From positions 3,584,001-3,648,000 of the forward strand of contig OY969474.1 in assembly GCA_963700145.1 (NCBI GenBank): 64,000 nucleotides of DNA, written 5' to 3'. Under the pieces are notes generated by a model. The model was not told the DNA's origin. It did not search any database and saw nothing but the letters and a program-made list of their open reading frames with translations. Position 1 is the stretch's first letter. Each line of letters opens with the position of its first letter. The translations under genes and the position numbers were made by a program. This document shows positions 31,767-41,545 of this stretch, piece after piece. Source of the stretch: an uncultured Acidobacteriota bacterium. GTDB taxonomy: Bacteria; Acidobacteriota; Thermoanaerobaculia; Multivoradales; UBA5704.

Positions 31767-32210
31767 ATGAGCCCCGGGCGTCTCGACGCGGCCGTCGTCC
31801 GCCGCCACTTGCTGGCGCTCGACGAGGCGCTGCAGGTCCTGCGCGGCCATCAGGGGCGGAGCCTCGAGGAGCTGGCGTCAGACCGGGAGGAGCGCTGGAT
31901 CGTCGAGCGGGGGCTCCAGCTCTGCGCCCAGAACGCCCTCGACGTGGCGACCCACCTCGCGGCGAGCGCCGGCCACGACGTGCCCGACTACGCCGCCGCC
32001 ATCGATCGCCTCGTCGAGATGGGTGTCCTGCCGCCCGATTTCGGCGCCCGCTTCCGCGGCATCGCCGGCTTCCGCAACGTCGTCGTCCACGGCTACCTGA
32101 ACGTCGATGTCGCCCTCCTCCACCGCCTGCTCAACGAGCACCTCGACGACTTCGCGGAGTTCGCGCGGTGCGTGGGGTCGTACGTGGCGCAGCCAAGTGC
32201 CGGTCTGTAG
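31767..32210 (+). CDS. HEPN/DUF86 ribonuclease toxin (HepT family)
   Basis: VERGLQLC..D, GFRNVVVHGY (Rx4-6H-Y). Confidence 0.88.
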   Translation: MSPGRLDAAVVRRHLLALDEALQVLRGHQGRSLEELASDREERWIVERGLQLCAQNALDVATHLAASAGHDVPDYAAAIDRLVEMGVLPPDFGARFRGIAGFRNVVVHGYLNVDVALLHRLLNEHLDDFAEFARCVGSYVAQPSAGL

Positions 32211-32261
32211 GGCCACCAAGTTTCTGCCGCCCTTCGCGGTGACGAATCTACAATAGGGGTC

Positions 32262-33893
32262 GTGGCGAAGGGCGGCAGACGTGCCAGCGCGGACTCGGTG
32301 CCACTGGGCCGAGCGAGAGAAATTCTCTCGTCTAAGAATCTCGACGCAGCTCTGCGAGTCTCCTGCGTTCTTTCCGCCTTCAACTGTTTTGCTCCCGAGC
32401 CGTATTGTCTTCCAACCTATATCCACTACTCTGTAACCCGACTGCTGGTGCTGGCTCTTCTGACGAGTCGTGCTGGACACGAGACCCGAGGGATCTTCTT
32501 CTTCGAAGACCTCGCCCCGCTACTCAACGACTGTAAGGAACACCTTCATGACCCCAACCTGATGGACCGTCTCGTGAGAGCAAATCGATCCACCAGAGCC
32601 CGCTTGGAGTTTCACCGGTTCCTGGCTGTCCTCGGGAACGTCCAGATCGCCCATAGTGAGTCAGATATCAGGCTCTCGATGCCACGGATGGTTGCTCTAT
32701 TCTCACGCCTTCCGAAAGAGGAGCGCGGGAAGATTCCGCCTGACCGCCTCGTCTTAGTCGACGCGATTCTTCCCGAAATTGTGACCAAGCTCGGAGCAAC
32801 AGTTGAAAACCTAGGGCATCTGCACCGATTTCTCCTCGCCTACTACCAGGATTTTTTCGAGCGGCATTTGCTTCGGCACTTGACACCGCGGAGAGACCCG
32901 GCGAATGCATTGGACCAAATTCGAGCGCTGTTTAGCGCTTCTCTCCATTTCTCAGATCAGGAACACCCACTAGAGATCAAGCTTAGTCGATTTGCGGATG
33001 GCATCCCTATTCGTGAATACCTGGTGCTCTTTGGGCGGACGGTAGAGGAGCTTAGGCTGATCGATAAGCAACCTGAGTACCAAGGCCACCCAAGCAGTCG
33101 GTTGGCAGCGCTGGATCGCTACCCGGTCGTCCGATCACCGCGAGAGTCATTTCTGGTGCCGGAGTTAACGGTGTTCGCAAAGTCGTTTCCTTTCGTTCTC
33201 GACTTCAGCTTGCTTGAGCTTCTGGATCGGCAGAAGTACGATGCGTTTCGCGGCGTAGTTCAGGAGTTGTATCTGAGGTGCCTCGCCGAGGATCGACTCC
33301 CTGAGTGTCTTGTTATACGGGAGAGAACGTACGGCAAGCCCGAGCGCGCGGGTCCGGATCTGGCGATTGGTGATGTGAGCGACCGGCAACTGATCCTTGT
33401 CGAATCGAAGGCACGGAGAATGAAGCCCGAAACCATCACTGGAATGACAGATGAAGCAATAGACGCGAACCTAACTGATGTCTATGCGGCGCTAGAAAGG
33501 GCACCGGCGAAGATCGAGCACCTCTATGCTGGACTTCCTGTCTATGGGGATGTCCAACGGTCGATCAATGTCACGAAAGGTAAGCAGCCGATCTGCGTGG
33601 TGGTTTTGAGCAACTCGGCACTTCTCCTCGCTGAGTTGGTGCGCCAGCGCATGAGGGACGTTGCATCACCTCTCCACGATTTTAGTCTGCCTTTCTGCAT
33701 TCTCTCTCTTGAGGCCTTCGAGAACGCGCTAGAGATCTCAAGGGCGGAGAGAATACCTCTTGGCGTACTCCTCATAGAGCACTGGGAGGCGGCCGAGAAG
33801 GGCGATCCAGGAACACCGATGGCCGACATGTGGGGCGGTAGACAACCACCAGCACTCTCTGAGCGGTTTGTCCATCGATATTACCCCGATTAG
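32262..33893 (+). CDS. Low-GC hypothetical protein with C-terminal PD-(D/E)xK-like motif
   Basis: Long ORF with foreign codon usage; GPDLAI..LILVESKA; start uncertain. Confidence 0.65.
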   Translation: MAKGGRRASADSVPLGRAREILSSKNLDAALRVSCVLSAFNCFAPEPYCLPTYIHYSVTRLLVLALLTSRAGHETRGIFFFEDLAPLLNDCKEHLHDPNLMDRLVRANRSTRARLEFHRFLAVLGNVQIAHSESDIRLSMPRMVALFSRLPKEERGKIPPDRLVLVDAILPEIVTKLGATVENLGHLHRFLLAYYQDFFERHLLRHLTPRRDPANALDQIRALFSASLHFSDQEHPLEIKLSRFADGIPIREYLVLFGRTVEELRLIDKQPEYQGHPSSRLAALDRYPVVRSPRESFLVPELTVFAKSFPFVLDFSLLELLDRQKYDAFRGVVQELYLRCLAEDRLPECLVIRERTYGKPERAGPDLAIGDVSDRQLILVESKARRMKPETITGMTDEAIDANLTDVYAALERAPAKIEHLYAGLPVYGDVQRSINVTKGKQPICVVVLSNSALLLAELVRQRMRDVASPLHDFSLPFCILSLEAFENALEISRAERIPLGVLLIEHWEAAEKGDPGTPMADMWGGRQPPALSERFVHRYYPD

Positions 33894-33987
33894 AGACCTT
33901 CGCCGGTCCGCTTGGTGACGGGTCCGGCGGGGCGCCCGCGATCGCCGCGGGCGCCCCCAGCAGGAGGGCCGAGAGGAGGAGGGCCAT
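33894..33987 (-). pseudogene. 5' remnant (signal peptide) of a secreted-protein gene truncated by the low-GC segment
   Basis: MALLLSALLLGAPAAIAGAPPDPSP just after the protease stop, running into low-GC DNA. Confidence 0.4.
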
Positions 33988-34002
33988 GGCGGCCGCCTCA
34001 GC

Positions 34003-34911
34003 TCACAAGCTCGGCTTGTAGACCGCCACGATGTCCTGCATGCGGGTGTCCTGGCCGCCGGAGAACTCGAACATGCAGGGGTCGTCGGTGTAGTCCATGA
34101 AGTTGGTGATCGGATCGAGGCCGGCGGACGGGCAGGTGTCGCGGCCCACCGGGCAGCCGGAGGCCGGGCTCGCTTCGGCCGGCGTGTCGGCGACCAGGTC
34201 GCCCGGCTCGTTGCAGCCGCCGTCGAAGGTGTGGAGCAGCCCCAGGTAGTGGCCCACCTCGTGGGTGCCGGTGTCGCCCTCGTTGTACGGCACGGCACTG
34301 CCGCCCGGCAGGGTCGAGTAGAGGACGACGACGCCGTGCATGAAGCTGTCCTCGGGGAAGGACTGCGGCAGGTAGGCGAAGCCGAGGATGCCGCCCTTCG
34401 GCGCGCAGAGGTAGAAGTTGAGGGTGTGCGCCGGATCGACCGCCAACGCCCGCTTGATGTTGCGCTCGGCGCCGTAGCAGGAGCCGAACCAGGCGTTGTT
34501 GGCCACCCGGTTGACGACCGCCTTGGTGAAGGAGAAGCCGGCGGCGGCGAAGGCGTCGTTCATGACGTCGATCTGGGCGTCGAGCTGCTCCTCGGGGACG
34601 TTGCCGGTCTGCGTGCCGTCGCGCTCGGTGCGGTAGATGACGTGGAAGGCGACGGGCACATTCGTGCCGCGGCTCGGGCGCGCCTCGCCGAAGATGGCGC
34701 GGTACTGGCCGAGCGTGTGCTCGACGGCCGCGTTCTCGGCGGGGGTCGGGGTCGGGGTGGCGCAGCGGACGCCGCGCTGGATGGTGCCGTGCGGGCTCAG
34801 GAAGTGGATGTCCTGCGCGGGGAGCTGGCGGCGGCGCGGGAGCTCGTCGGCCGCGGCGGGCGCGGCGAGGACGAGCGCCAGCGCGATCGACACGAGAGCG
34901 CGATGGGCCAT
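34003..34911 (-). CDS. Secreted M43 (pappalysin/ulilysin-like) zinc metalloprotease
   Basis: Signal peptide, RCAT Cys-switch, HEVGHYLGLLHTF, VADTP, NFMDY Met-turn. Confidence 0.9.
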   Translation of the reverse strand: MAHRALVSIALALVLAAPAAADELPRRRQLPAQDIHFLSPHGTIQRGVRCATPTPTPAENAAVEHTLGQYRAIFGEARPSRGTNVPVAFHVIYRTERDGTQTGNVPEEQLDAQIDVMNDAFAAAGFSFTKAVVNRVANNAWFGSCYGAERNIKRALAVDPAHTLNFYLCAPKGGILGFAYLPQSFPEDSFMHGVVVLYSTLPGGSAVPYNEGDTGTHEVGHYLGLLHTFDGGCNEPGDLVADTPAEASPASGCPVGRDTCPSAGLDPITNFMDYTDDPCMFEFSGGQDTRMQDIVAVYKPSL

Positions 34912-34972
34912 GAGCAGTCTCTCCTCTCTGAAAGGGTGGGGTGCGGCGAGGATCCTACCCCCAACCGGGGGG

Positions 34973-35025
34973 TTGACGGCTAGATGCGACATCTGTAGCA
35001 TCCGTGATGCGACAAATGTAGCACC
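34973..35025 (+). promoter_or_regulatory. TTGACG -35 element plus two tandem BlaI/CopY-type operators
   Basis: GATGCGACATCTGTAGCATC (34983-35002) and GATGCGACAAATGTAGCACC (35006-35025), resembling TACA-NN-TGTA. Confidence 0.75.
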
Positions 35026-35044
35026 GAGCCTTGGAGGCCGCCGC

Positions 35045-35443
35045 ATGCCGCGATCGATCCAGCAGGAGCTGAGTCGCCGGGAGCGCCAGATCATGGACCT
35101 GCTCTTCGAGCTGGGCGACGCCCCGGCCGAGGAGGTGCGCCGGCGGCTGCCGGAGCCGCCGAGCTCCTCGGCGGTGCGGGTGATGCTGGCGCGGCTGGAG
35201 AAGAAGGGGTTCGTGCGCCACCGCGAGGAGGGGCAGCGCTTCCTCTACGCGCCGGCGGTCTCCAAGACGCGGGAGCGCCGCTCGGCGCTGTCGCGGCTGG
35301 TGCGCACGTTCTTCGACGGCTCGACTTCCCAGGCGCTCACCGCTCTCCTCGACGTCGCCGAGGACCTCTCCGACGAGGAGCTGGCGCGGCTGACGGCGGC
35401 CATCCACGAAGTCGACGCGAAACGGAAGGAGGAGGAGTCATGA
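35045..35443 (+). CDS. BlaI/MecI/CopY family transcriptional repressor
   Basis: LSRRERQIMDLL, SAVRVMLARLEKKG, LVRTFFDGS; GGAGG RBS. Confidence 0.92.
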   Translation: MPRSIQQELSRRERQIMDLLFELGDAPAEEVRRRLPEPPSSSAVRVMLARLEKKGFVRHREEGQRFLYAPAVSKTRERRSALSRLVRTFFDGSTSQALTALLDVAEDLSDEELARLTAAIHEVDAKRKEEES

Positions 35444-37128
35444 CGCCGGAGACTCTCACGGTCGATTTCGCCGCCATCGCCCTGGACGCCGCGGGGAAGG
35501 GCGCGCTGCTCGCGCTCGCCACTCTGCTGGCGCTCGGCGCGCTGCGCCGGGCCTCGGCGGCCAGCCGCCACCTGCTGCTCGCGCTCACCGCTGTGGCGCT
35601 GGTCCTGCTGCCCGCGCTCGCCTGGCTGCTGCCGGCGCGCGAGCTGCCGCTGCTGCCGGCGCCGGCCGCCGGCGCGGCGGCGGCCCCGCTCCCCGCTACC
35701 GGCGTTGCGCACGTCGCGATCGCGCCCGACACCGGCCTGCCGGCGGAGGCGGCGCGGTCCTGGCCGGCCGCCGCGAACGAGGCGGAGGCCTGGCGCGGCG
35801 CGCCGGTCGACTGGCGCGCGGCCGTGCTCGCGATCGGCCTCTTCTCGCTCGCCGTCTCGGCCCTCCTCTTGCTCCGCCTGGCGGTGGCGGTGCGGCGGCT
35901 CGCCGGGCTGCGCGCCGGCGCCGAGGCGGCGCCCGCGGCCTGGCAGGAGCTCTTCGCCGACTGCCGGCGGCGCCTCGGCGTGACGCAGGAGGTCGGCCTC
36001 GCCGTCTCGCCGGCGGTCGCGGTGCCCGTGACCTTCGGCCTGCGGCGGCCGCTGGTGCTGCTGCCCGAGAGCGCGAGCGCCTGGGAGGTGCCGTCGCTGC
36101 GCGAGGCGCTGCTCCACGAGCTGGCGCACGTCAAGCGGCGCGACTGGCCGGTGCAGCTCCTGGCGCGGGTCGCCTGTGTCCTCCACTGGTTCGACCCGCT
36201 GGCCTGGGCGCTCGAGCGCCGGCTCCTGCTCGAGGCCGAGCGGGCCTGCGACGACCAGGTGCTCGGCGCCGGCGCGGCGGCGACCGCCTACGCCGGGCGG
36301 CTGGTGACGCTGGCGCGGCAGACCCGGCGGCCCCGCTACGGCGACGCCGCGGCCGCCGTCGCCTTCGCCCGCCCGGCCGGGCTCGCCACGCGGGTGACGG
36401 CGATCCTGGACTCCGGCGTCAGCCGCTGCGCGCCCCGCCGCGCCGCCGTGGCGGCGGCCGTGACGGCGGCGGCGTTCGTTCTGCTCGCCGTGGCGCCGGC
36501 CCGCGTGGTGCGGGCCGAAGGAGCGCCCGAGCGGCCCCACCGGGAAACCGAGCGCGACCGCCACGACGAGAACGACGACTCCTGGCTCGACGCGATCGAG
36601 GACGGGATCCGGGACGGCCGGCGCGAGGCCCTGCTGGAGGCCGCGGCGGACGGTGAGGCCGACGCCGTGCGGTTCCTCCTCGACTGCGGCGCCGATCCCG
36701 ACGGCTTCGTCCCCGGCGACGGCACGCCGCTCCTGGTGGCCGCCGCGGAAGGGCACGAGGAGGTGGTCCAGGTCCTGCTCGCGGCGGGCGCCGATCCGAA
36801 CCTCCCGGCGCCCGGCGACGGCAGCGCCTTGATCGCCGCGGCGCACGAGGGGCAACTCGAGGTCGCGCGCCTGCTGCTCGCGGCCGGCGCGGAGGTGGAC
36901 CTCGTCGTCGACGGCGACGAGAACCCGCTGATCCAGGCGGCGTGGGAGGGCGAGCTGGAGATGGTGCGCCTGCTCCTCGACGCCGGCGCCGACCCCAACG
37001 TCCGCGTCGTCGTCAACCGCACCGACTACGACTCCGACGGCGAGGTGCGCACGCCGCTGCGCATGGCCCACCGCGGCGGCCACGAGGCGGTCGAGCGGCT
37101 GCTCCGCGAGCGCGGGGCCAGGTACTGA
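35440..37128 (+). CDS. M56 (BlaR1-type) metallopeptidase with C-terminal ankyrin repeats
   Basis: LLHELAHVKRRD, HWFDPL, ERACDDQVL; ankyrins GTPLLVAA..GH..VV..LL..GADPN. Confidence 0.9.
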   Translation: MTPETLTVDFAAIALDAAGKGALLALATLLALGALRRASAASRHLLLALTAVALVLLPALAWLLPARELPLLPAPAAGAAAAPLPATGVAHVAIAPDTGLPAEAARSWPAAANEAEAWRGAPVDWRAAVLAIGLFSLAVSALLLLRLAVAVRRLAGLRAGAEAAPAAWQELFADCRRRLGVTQEVGLAVSPAVAVPVTFGLRRPLVLLPESASAWEVPSLREALLHELAHVKRRDWPVQLLARVACVLHWFDPLAWALERRLLLEAERACDDQVLGAGAAATAYAGRLVTLARQTRRPRYGDAAAAVAFARPAGLATRVTAILDSGVSRCAPRRAAVAAAVTAAAFVLLAVAPARVVRAEGAPERPHRETERDRHDENDDSWLDAIEDGIRDGRREALLEAAADGEADAVRFLLDCGADPDGFVPGDGTPLLVAAAEGHEEVVQVLLAAGADPNLPAPGDGSALIAAAHEGQLEVARLLLAAGAEVDLVVDGDENPLIQAAWEGELEMVRLLLDAGADPNVRVVVNRTDYDSDGEVRTPLRMAHRGGHEAVERLLRERGARY

Positions 37129-37133
37129 CCGCC

Positions 37134-39383
37134 GTGGCGCGGCGCTCCCGCTGGTGGGCGCTCGCCGCCCTCCTCGCCCTCGTTCCGCCCGCGGCGGGCG
37201 CGCAGACGGCGCCGGCCCCCGCGCCCGCCGTCCAGCAGACGCGCTTGGAGGTCGTCCGCACCGACGCGCCGGTGCGGATCGACGGCGTCCTCGACGAGCC
37301 GGCGTGGGCGGCGGCGACCGCCATCCCGCTGCCTTACGAATGGTTCCCCGGCGACAACACGCCGGCGCCGGTCGAGACGACGGTCCTCGTCACCTACGAC
37401 GCCGAGCGCCTCCTCGTCGCCTTCCGCGCCGCCGATCCGAAGCCGGCGGAGATCCGCGCCCGCTTCGCCGAGCGCGACGCCGCCCTCGAGGACGACCGCG
37501 TGGGCTTCATGATCGATCCGTTCCATGACGGCCGCCGCGCCTTCCAGTTCCAGATCAACCCGCTGGGCGTGCAGCTCGACGCCGTCAACTCCGACGTCGA
37601 GGACACCGAGGACTTCTCCTGGGACGCCATCTGGGAGTCGGCCGGCCGGATCGGCGGCGACGGCTACACGGTCGAGGCAGCGGTCCCCTTCCGCCAGCTC
37701 CGCTTCCCCGGCGCCGGCGCGCCGCAGAGCTGGGGCTTCCTCGCCTTCCGCGAGTGGCCGCGCTCGCTGCAGCACCGGCTGCGCTCGATCGTCACCGACC
37801 AGGACCGCGACTGCCTGGTCTGCCAGTTCCAGGAGCTGGCGGGCTTCACCGGCCAGGAGACCGGCCGCAACCTGGAGCTGACGCCGACCCTCACCGGCAG
37901 GCTCACCGAGGAGCGCGCGGACTTCCCCGACGGCCCCTTCGAGACCGCCGACGAGGAGCTGGAGCCGGGGCTCTCGGTGCGCTGGGGCGTCACTCCGAAC
38001 GTCTCGCTCAACGCCACGCTCAACCCGGACTTCTCGCAGGTCGAGGCCGACGCCGCGCAGCTCGACGTCAACGAGCGCTTCGCCCTCTTCTTCCCCGAGA
38101 AGCGCCCGTTCTTCCTCGAAGGCGCCGACCTCTTCGAGACGCAGCTCCCGCTGGTCTTCAGCCGCACCGTGGCGGACCCGGTGGCCGGTCTCAAGGTCTC
38201 CGGCAAGGAGGGCGCCCACGCCTTCGGCCTCTCGCTGGCGCGCGACCGGATCAACAACCTGATCCTGCCGGGCAGCCTGTCCTCGAGCCTCGCCACGCTC
38301 GACGAGGAGGTGACGAGCGGCGTCCTGCGCTACCGCCGCGACCTCGGCGAGACCTCGGCCGTCGGCGTGCTCTGGACCGGGCGGGAGGGGGCCGACTACG
38401 GCAGCCACGCGGCCGGCGTGGACGGCCTCTATCGCTTCACCGACAGCGACTCGGTGCGCTACCAATTCGCCGGCTCGACCACCCGCTACCCGGACGCCTT
38501 CGCCGCCGAGCAGGGGCAACCGGGCGGCGGCTTCGACGGCCACGCCCTGGCGCTCTCGTATATCCACGCCGACCGCGACTGGACCTGGAACGCCCGCTAC
38601 AACGAGCTCCACCCCGGCTTCCGCGCCGACAGCGGCTTCGTGCCGCGGGTCGGCGTGCGCAGCGGCTCGGCGGGAGCGGAGCGACGCATCCGCGGCGTCG
38701 AGGGAGGGTGGTTCTCGAACCTCTATCTCTTCCTGGGGGTCGACGGCACGCGGGAGTACGACGGCGCCTGGAACGAATGGGGCTCCGACCTGGTGTTCGT
38801 CTACGAGGGCCCGCGGCAGAGCGTGCTGGAGGCGGCGATCGCGCCCAACCAGGAGCACTTCGAGGGCGTGACCTACCACAACACCCGCTACAGCGTCGGC
38901 GCCTCGATCCAGCCGACCCGCGACTCGGAGCTGGAGCTGGAGGTGCGTTGGGGCGAGGCGATCGACTTCACCAACAGCCGCCAGGGCGAGTTCGTCCTCT
39001 TCGCGCCCGCCGTCGAGCTGCGGCTGGGGCGGCGCTTCCAGGGGGAGGTGAGCTGGACCCACCAGAGCTTCGACGTCGCCGGCGGGCGGCTCTTCGACGT
39101 CGACCTGGCGCAGACCCGCCTGCTCTACCACTTCGGCCGCCGCACCTACCTGCGCGCCATCCTGCAGTACGAGTGGCTGGACCGGGAGCCGGCGCTCTAC
39201 ACCGTGCCGGTCGACCGCAAGACCGAGGACCTGCTGACGCAGCTCCTCTTCTCCTACCGCCTCGACGCGCAGACGGTCCTGCTGGTGGGCTACTCCGACA
39301 GCCACCTGGGGATCGACGCGATCGACCTCACCCAGACCGACCGCACGGTGTTCCTGAAGCTCGGCTACGCCTGGCTGCTCTGA
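37134..39383 (+). CDS. CBM9-like domain + DUF5916 outer-membrane beta-barrel protein
   Basis: IDGVLDEPAW, NPDFSQVEAD, FFPEKRPFFLEG, C-terminal FLKLGYAW. Confidence 0.85.
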   Translation: MARRSRWWALAALLALVPPAAGAQTAPAPAPAVQQTRLEVVRTDAPVRIDGVLDEPAWAAATAIPLPYEWFPGDNTPAPVETTVLVTYDAERLLVAFRAADPKPAEIRARFAERDAALEDDRVGFMIDPFHDGRRAFQFQINPLGVQLDAVNSDVEDTEDFSWDAIWESAGRIGGDGYTVEAAVPFRQLRFPGAGAPQSWGFLAFREWPRSLQHRLRSIVTDQDRDCLVCQFQELAGFTGQETGRNLELTPTLTGRLTEERADFPDGPFETADEELEPGLSVRWGVTPNVSLNATLNPDFSQVEADAAQLDVNERFALFFPEKRPFFLEGADLFETQLPLVFSRTVADPVAGLKVSGKEGAHAFGLSLARDRINNLILPGSLSSSLATLDEEVTSGVLRYRRDLGETSAVGVLWTGREGADYGSHAAGVDGLYRFTDSDSVRYQFAGSTTRYPDAFAAEQGQPGGGFDGHALALSYIHADRDWTWNARYNELHPGFRADSGFVPRVGVRSGSAGAERRIRGVEGGWFSNLYLFLGVDGTREYDGAWNEWGSDLVFVYEGPRQSVLEAAIAPNQEHFEGVTYHNTRYSVGASIQPTRDSELELEVRWGEAIDFTNSRQGEFVLFAPAVELRLGRRFQGEVSWTHQSFDVAGGRLFDVDLAQTRLLYHFGRRTYLRAILQYEWLDREPALYTVPVDRKTEDLLTQLLFSYRLDAQTVLLVGYSDSHLGIDAIDLTQTDRTVFLKLGYAWLL

Positions 39384-39424
39384 GGATCGGGCGCGGGGCT
39401 ACGGCTCTGCGGCCGCCGGCGCGC

Positions 39425-41545
39425 TCAGCGCGGCCGCGCCAGGAGCGACCAGACCTCCGCGAAGACCGGGTGGAGGTCGGCGGCGAGACCGAGCTCCAGC
39501 CGCTCGCAGGCGGAGCGGAAGGGGTCGGCGTCCGCCGCCGGCGGCGGCGGCCAGGCGACGTCGAGACGGTTGAGCCCCGGCCGCAGGCTCGCCGCCGGCA
39601 GGCGCAGCGTCCCGCGGGTCCAGGTCTCGCCCATCGGGAGGGCGCCGGCGGGCCGGCCGTTGACCGTGACGGCCGCGGGCGTGGCCGGGCCCGGGCGGCG
39701 CGCCGTCAGCTCCAGCTCCACGTCCTGCCGGCCGTCGCCGACGAGGCAGAACGATGACACCGGCCACGGCGCGCGGTAGGTCGCCCGGCGGTCGAGGTCG
39801 TCGTAGTCCATGACGTCGGGGAAGAAGCGCTCGAGCGGCTCCCAGAGGTAGAAGGGGTCGGCGAGGTCCGTTCCCTCCGCGCGCGGGGCGTGGTGCGCGA
39901 GGAGGAGCCGCGTCGCGAGCGCCCGCGCCGGCGTGCCGCGGCGCTCTAGCACCGCGACGGCCGCCGCGAGGAGGTCGGCGTCGAGGTGGTCCCAGCGCCA
40001 GCCGTGCTGGAGGGTAAGCCGGCAGGAGGAGGCGAGGTTGCGCCGCTGCGCCGGCGTCAGGACCGCCGGACAGGGAGCGCAGCGCGCCTCCAGCAGGTCG
40101 AGCAGCGCCACCTCGGCCCCCGGCGAGGCGTCCAGCGCCGCGTCCAGCCAGTGCTCCAGGATCGGCCCCTTGGCGCCGGCCGCGAGCAGGCGGTGGGCGG
40201 AGTGGATGGCGGCGCCGAGCATCGCGGCGGCGTCCGCCGCGGGCGCGACGGCGGGGGCCGGCAGGCGCGCGAGGAGCGACGGCCACTCCTCGTCGGTCGC
40301 CGCCATGCCCGAGAGGCGCAGCACCTCGGCGGCGGCCGCGGCCATCGCCACCTGCATCCCTTCGCGCGTCAGGTGGCAGTAGTCGAGGAAGAGGCGGCGC
40401 CCCGGCAGCGCCCCGTCGAGGTGGCGGGCGAAGACCTCGCGCAGGTCCACGCAGGCGAAGCCGTGCCGCGCGGCGAGCTCGCGCAGCAGCTCGCGCGCCG
40501 CGGTCGTGGCCTGCGGCGCGCCGAGGAACGCCATCGTCGCGTAGTGGGCGGCGTCCACCTCGGCCAGCAGGTCGGCGCGCGCCTCCGCGGCGGCGCCGAG
40601 CGCCGCCCGCGCCCGGCCGCGCAGCCGCCAGGAGGTTGGGCAGGCGCCGCCGTCGAGCGCGAGGAGACCTTCGGCCGCGTCGGCGGCCGCCGCAGGCTCG
40701 CCGCGCGCCAGGTGCGCGCCCGCCCGCCGGTAGAGGTCGTACCAGGCGGCCACGCCGTCGCCGGGGAGGTGGGTCACGGGCTGGCGCGTCTCCCAGTCCG
40801 CGAGGTTGACCTCCGGCACCACGACGACGACCGGGATGCCCACGGCGCGGGCGATCGTCGCGATCAGCTCGAAGGCCGCCTCGGCGGCGCGGCGCACCCC
40901 TTCCCGCGCCAGGTGGACCGGGCCGCCGAGCCCTTCGCCGCGTAGGCGCTCGGCGTAGCGCAGCCGGGCACGCACGGAGGGGGCGTATTGCGAGACCTCC
41001 GGGGTCTCGAGCAGGTTCCAGTTGTTGCCGGTGAAGAGCACGAGGACGTCGGGGTTGATCTGCAGCGCCGCCCGCACGGTGGCGGCGAGGCTGGGGAGCG
41101 TCTCGTCGGTGCGGGCGAGATCGACGACCTCGACGTCCGCGCTGCCGAGCGCCGCCCGGAGCTGCCCTTCGAGCACCTGCGCGGGGGTCAGGTGCGGGGC
41201 GTAGAGGTAGCCGGCGGCGACCGACTCGCCGAAGAGGCAGACGCGCAGCGGCAGCTCCGCCGTCTTCGGCCGCAGCACCTTGCGCGCCGCGTGGTGGTCG
41301 CCGAGCGGGTGAGGGTCGGGGCGGACGAAGAGCCGCCCGCGCTCGTCCTCCGCCGGCTGCCAGACGGCGATCGGCTCCGGCAGGCGCCGCCCCGGCGCCG
41401 GCGCTGCGCCCGGCGCTCCGGCGCTGGGGCCGGCACGGAAATCGTCGAGCCCGCCCGCGGCCTGGAGCCGCCGCGCCGCGCGCAGCCCCGCCGGTGTCGC
41501 CAGCCAGGCGGCGAGCCGGGCACTGAGCTCCTTGCCGCGGCTCAT
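39425..41545 (-). CDS. SGNH/GDSL-hydrolase-like protein with TPR-like segment
   Basis: RVCLFGESVAAG, FTGNN, FLDYCH (DxxH); ATGA overlap with carbamoyltransferase. Confidence 0.7.
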   Translation of the reverse strand: MSRGKELSARLAAWLATPAGLRAARRLQAAGGLDDFRAGPSAGAPGAAPAPGRRLPEPIAVWQPAEDERGRLFVRPDPHPLGDHHAARKVLRPKTAELPLRVCLFGESVAAGYLYAPHLTPAQVLEGQLRAALGSADVEVVDLARTDETLPSLAATVRAALQINPDVLVLFTGNNWNLLETPEVSQYAPSVRARLRYAERLRGEGLGGPVHLAREGVRRAAEAAFELIATIARAVGIPVVVVVPEVNLADWETRQPVTHLPGDGVAAWYDLYRRAGAHLARGEPAAAADAAEGLLALDGGACPTSWRLRGRARAALGAAAEARADLLAEVDAAHYATMAFLGAPQATTAARELLRELAARHGFACVDLREVFARHLDGALPGRRLFLDYCHLTREGMQVAMAAAAAEVLRLSGMAATDEEWPSLLARLPAPAVAPAADAAAMLGAAIHSAHRLLAAGAKGPILEHWLDAALDASPGAEVALLDLLEARCAPCPAVLTPAQRRNLASSCRLTLQHGWRWDHLDADLLAAAVAVLERRGTPARALATRLLLAHHAPRAEGTDLADPFYLWEPLERFFPDVMDYDDLDRRATYRAPWPVSSFCLVGDGRQDVELELTARRPGPATPAAVTVNGRPAGALPMGETWTRGTLRLPAASLRPGLNRLDVAWPPPPAADADPFRSACERLELGLAADLHPVFAEVWSLLARPR

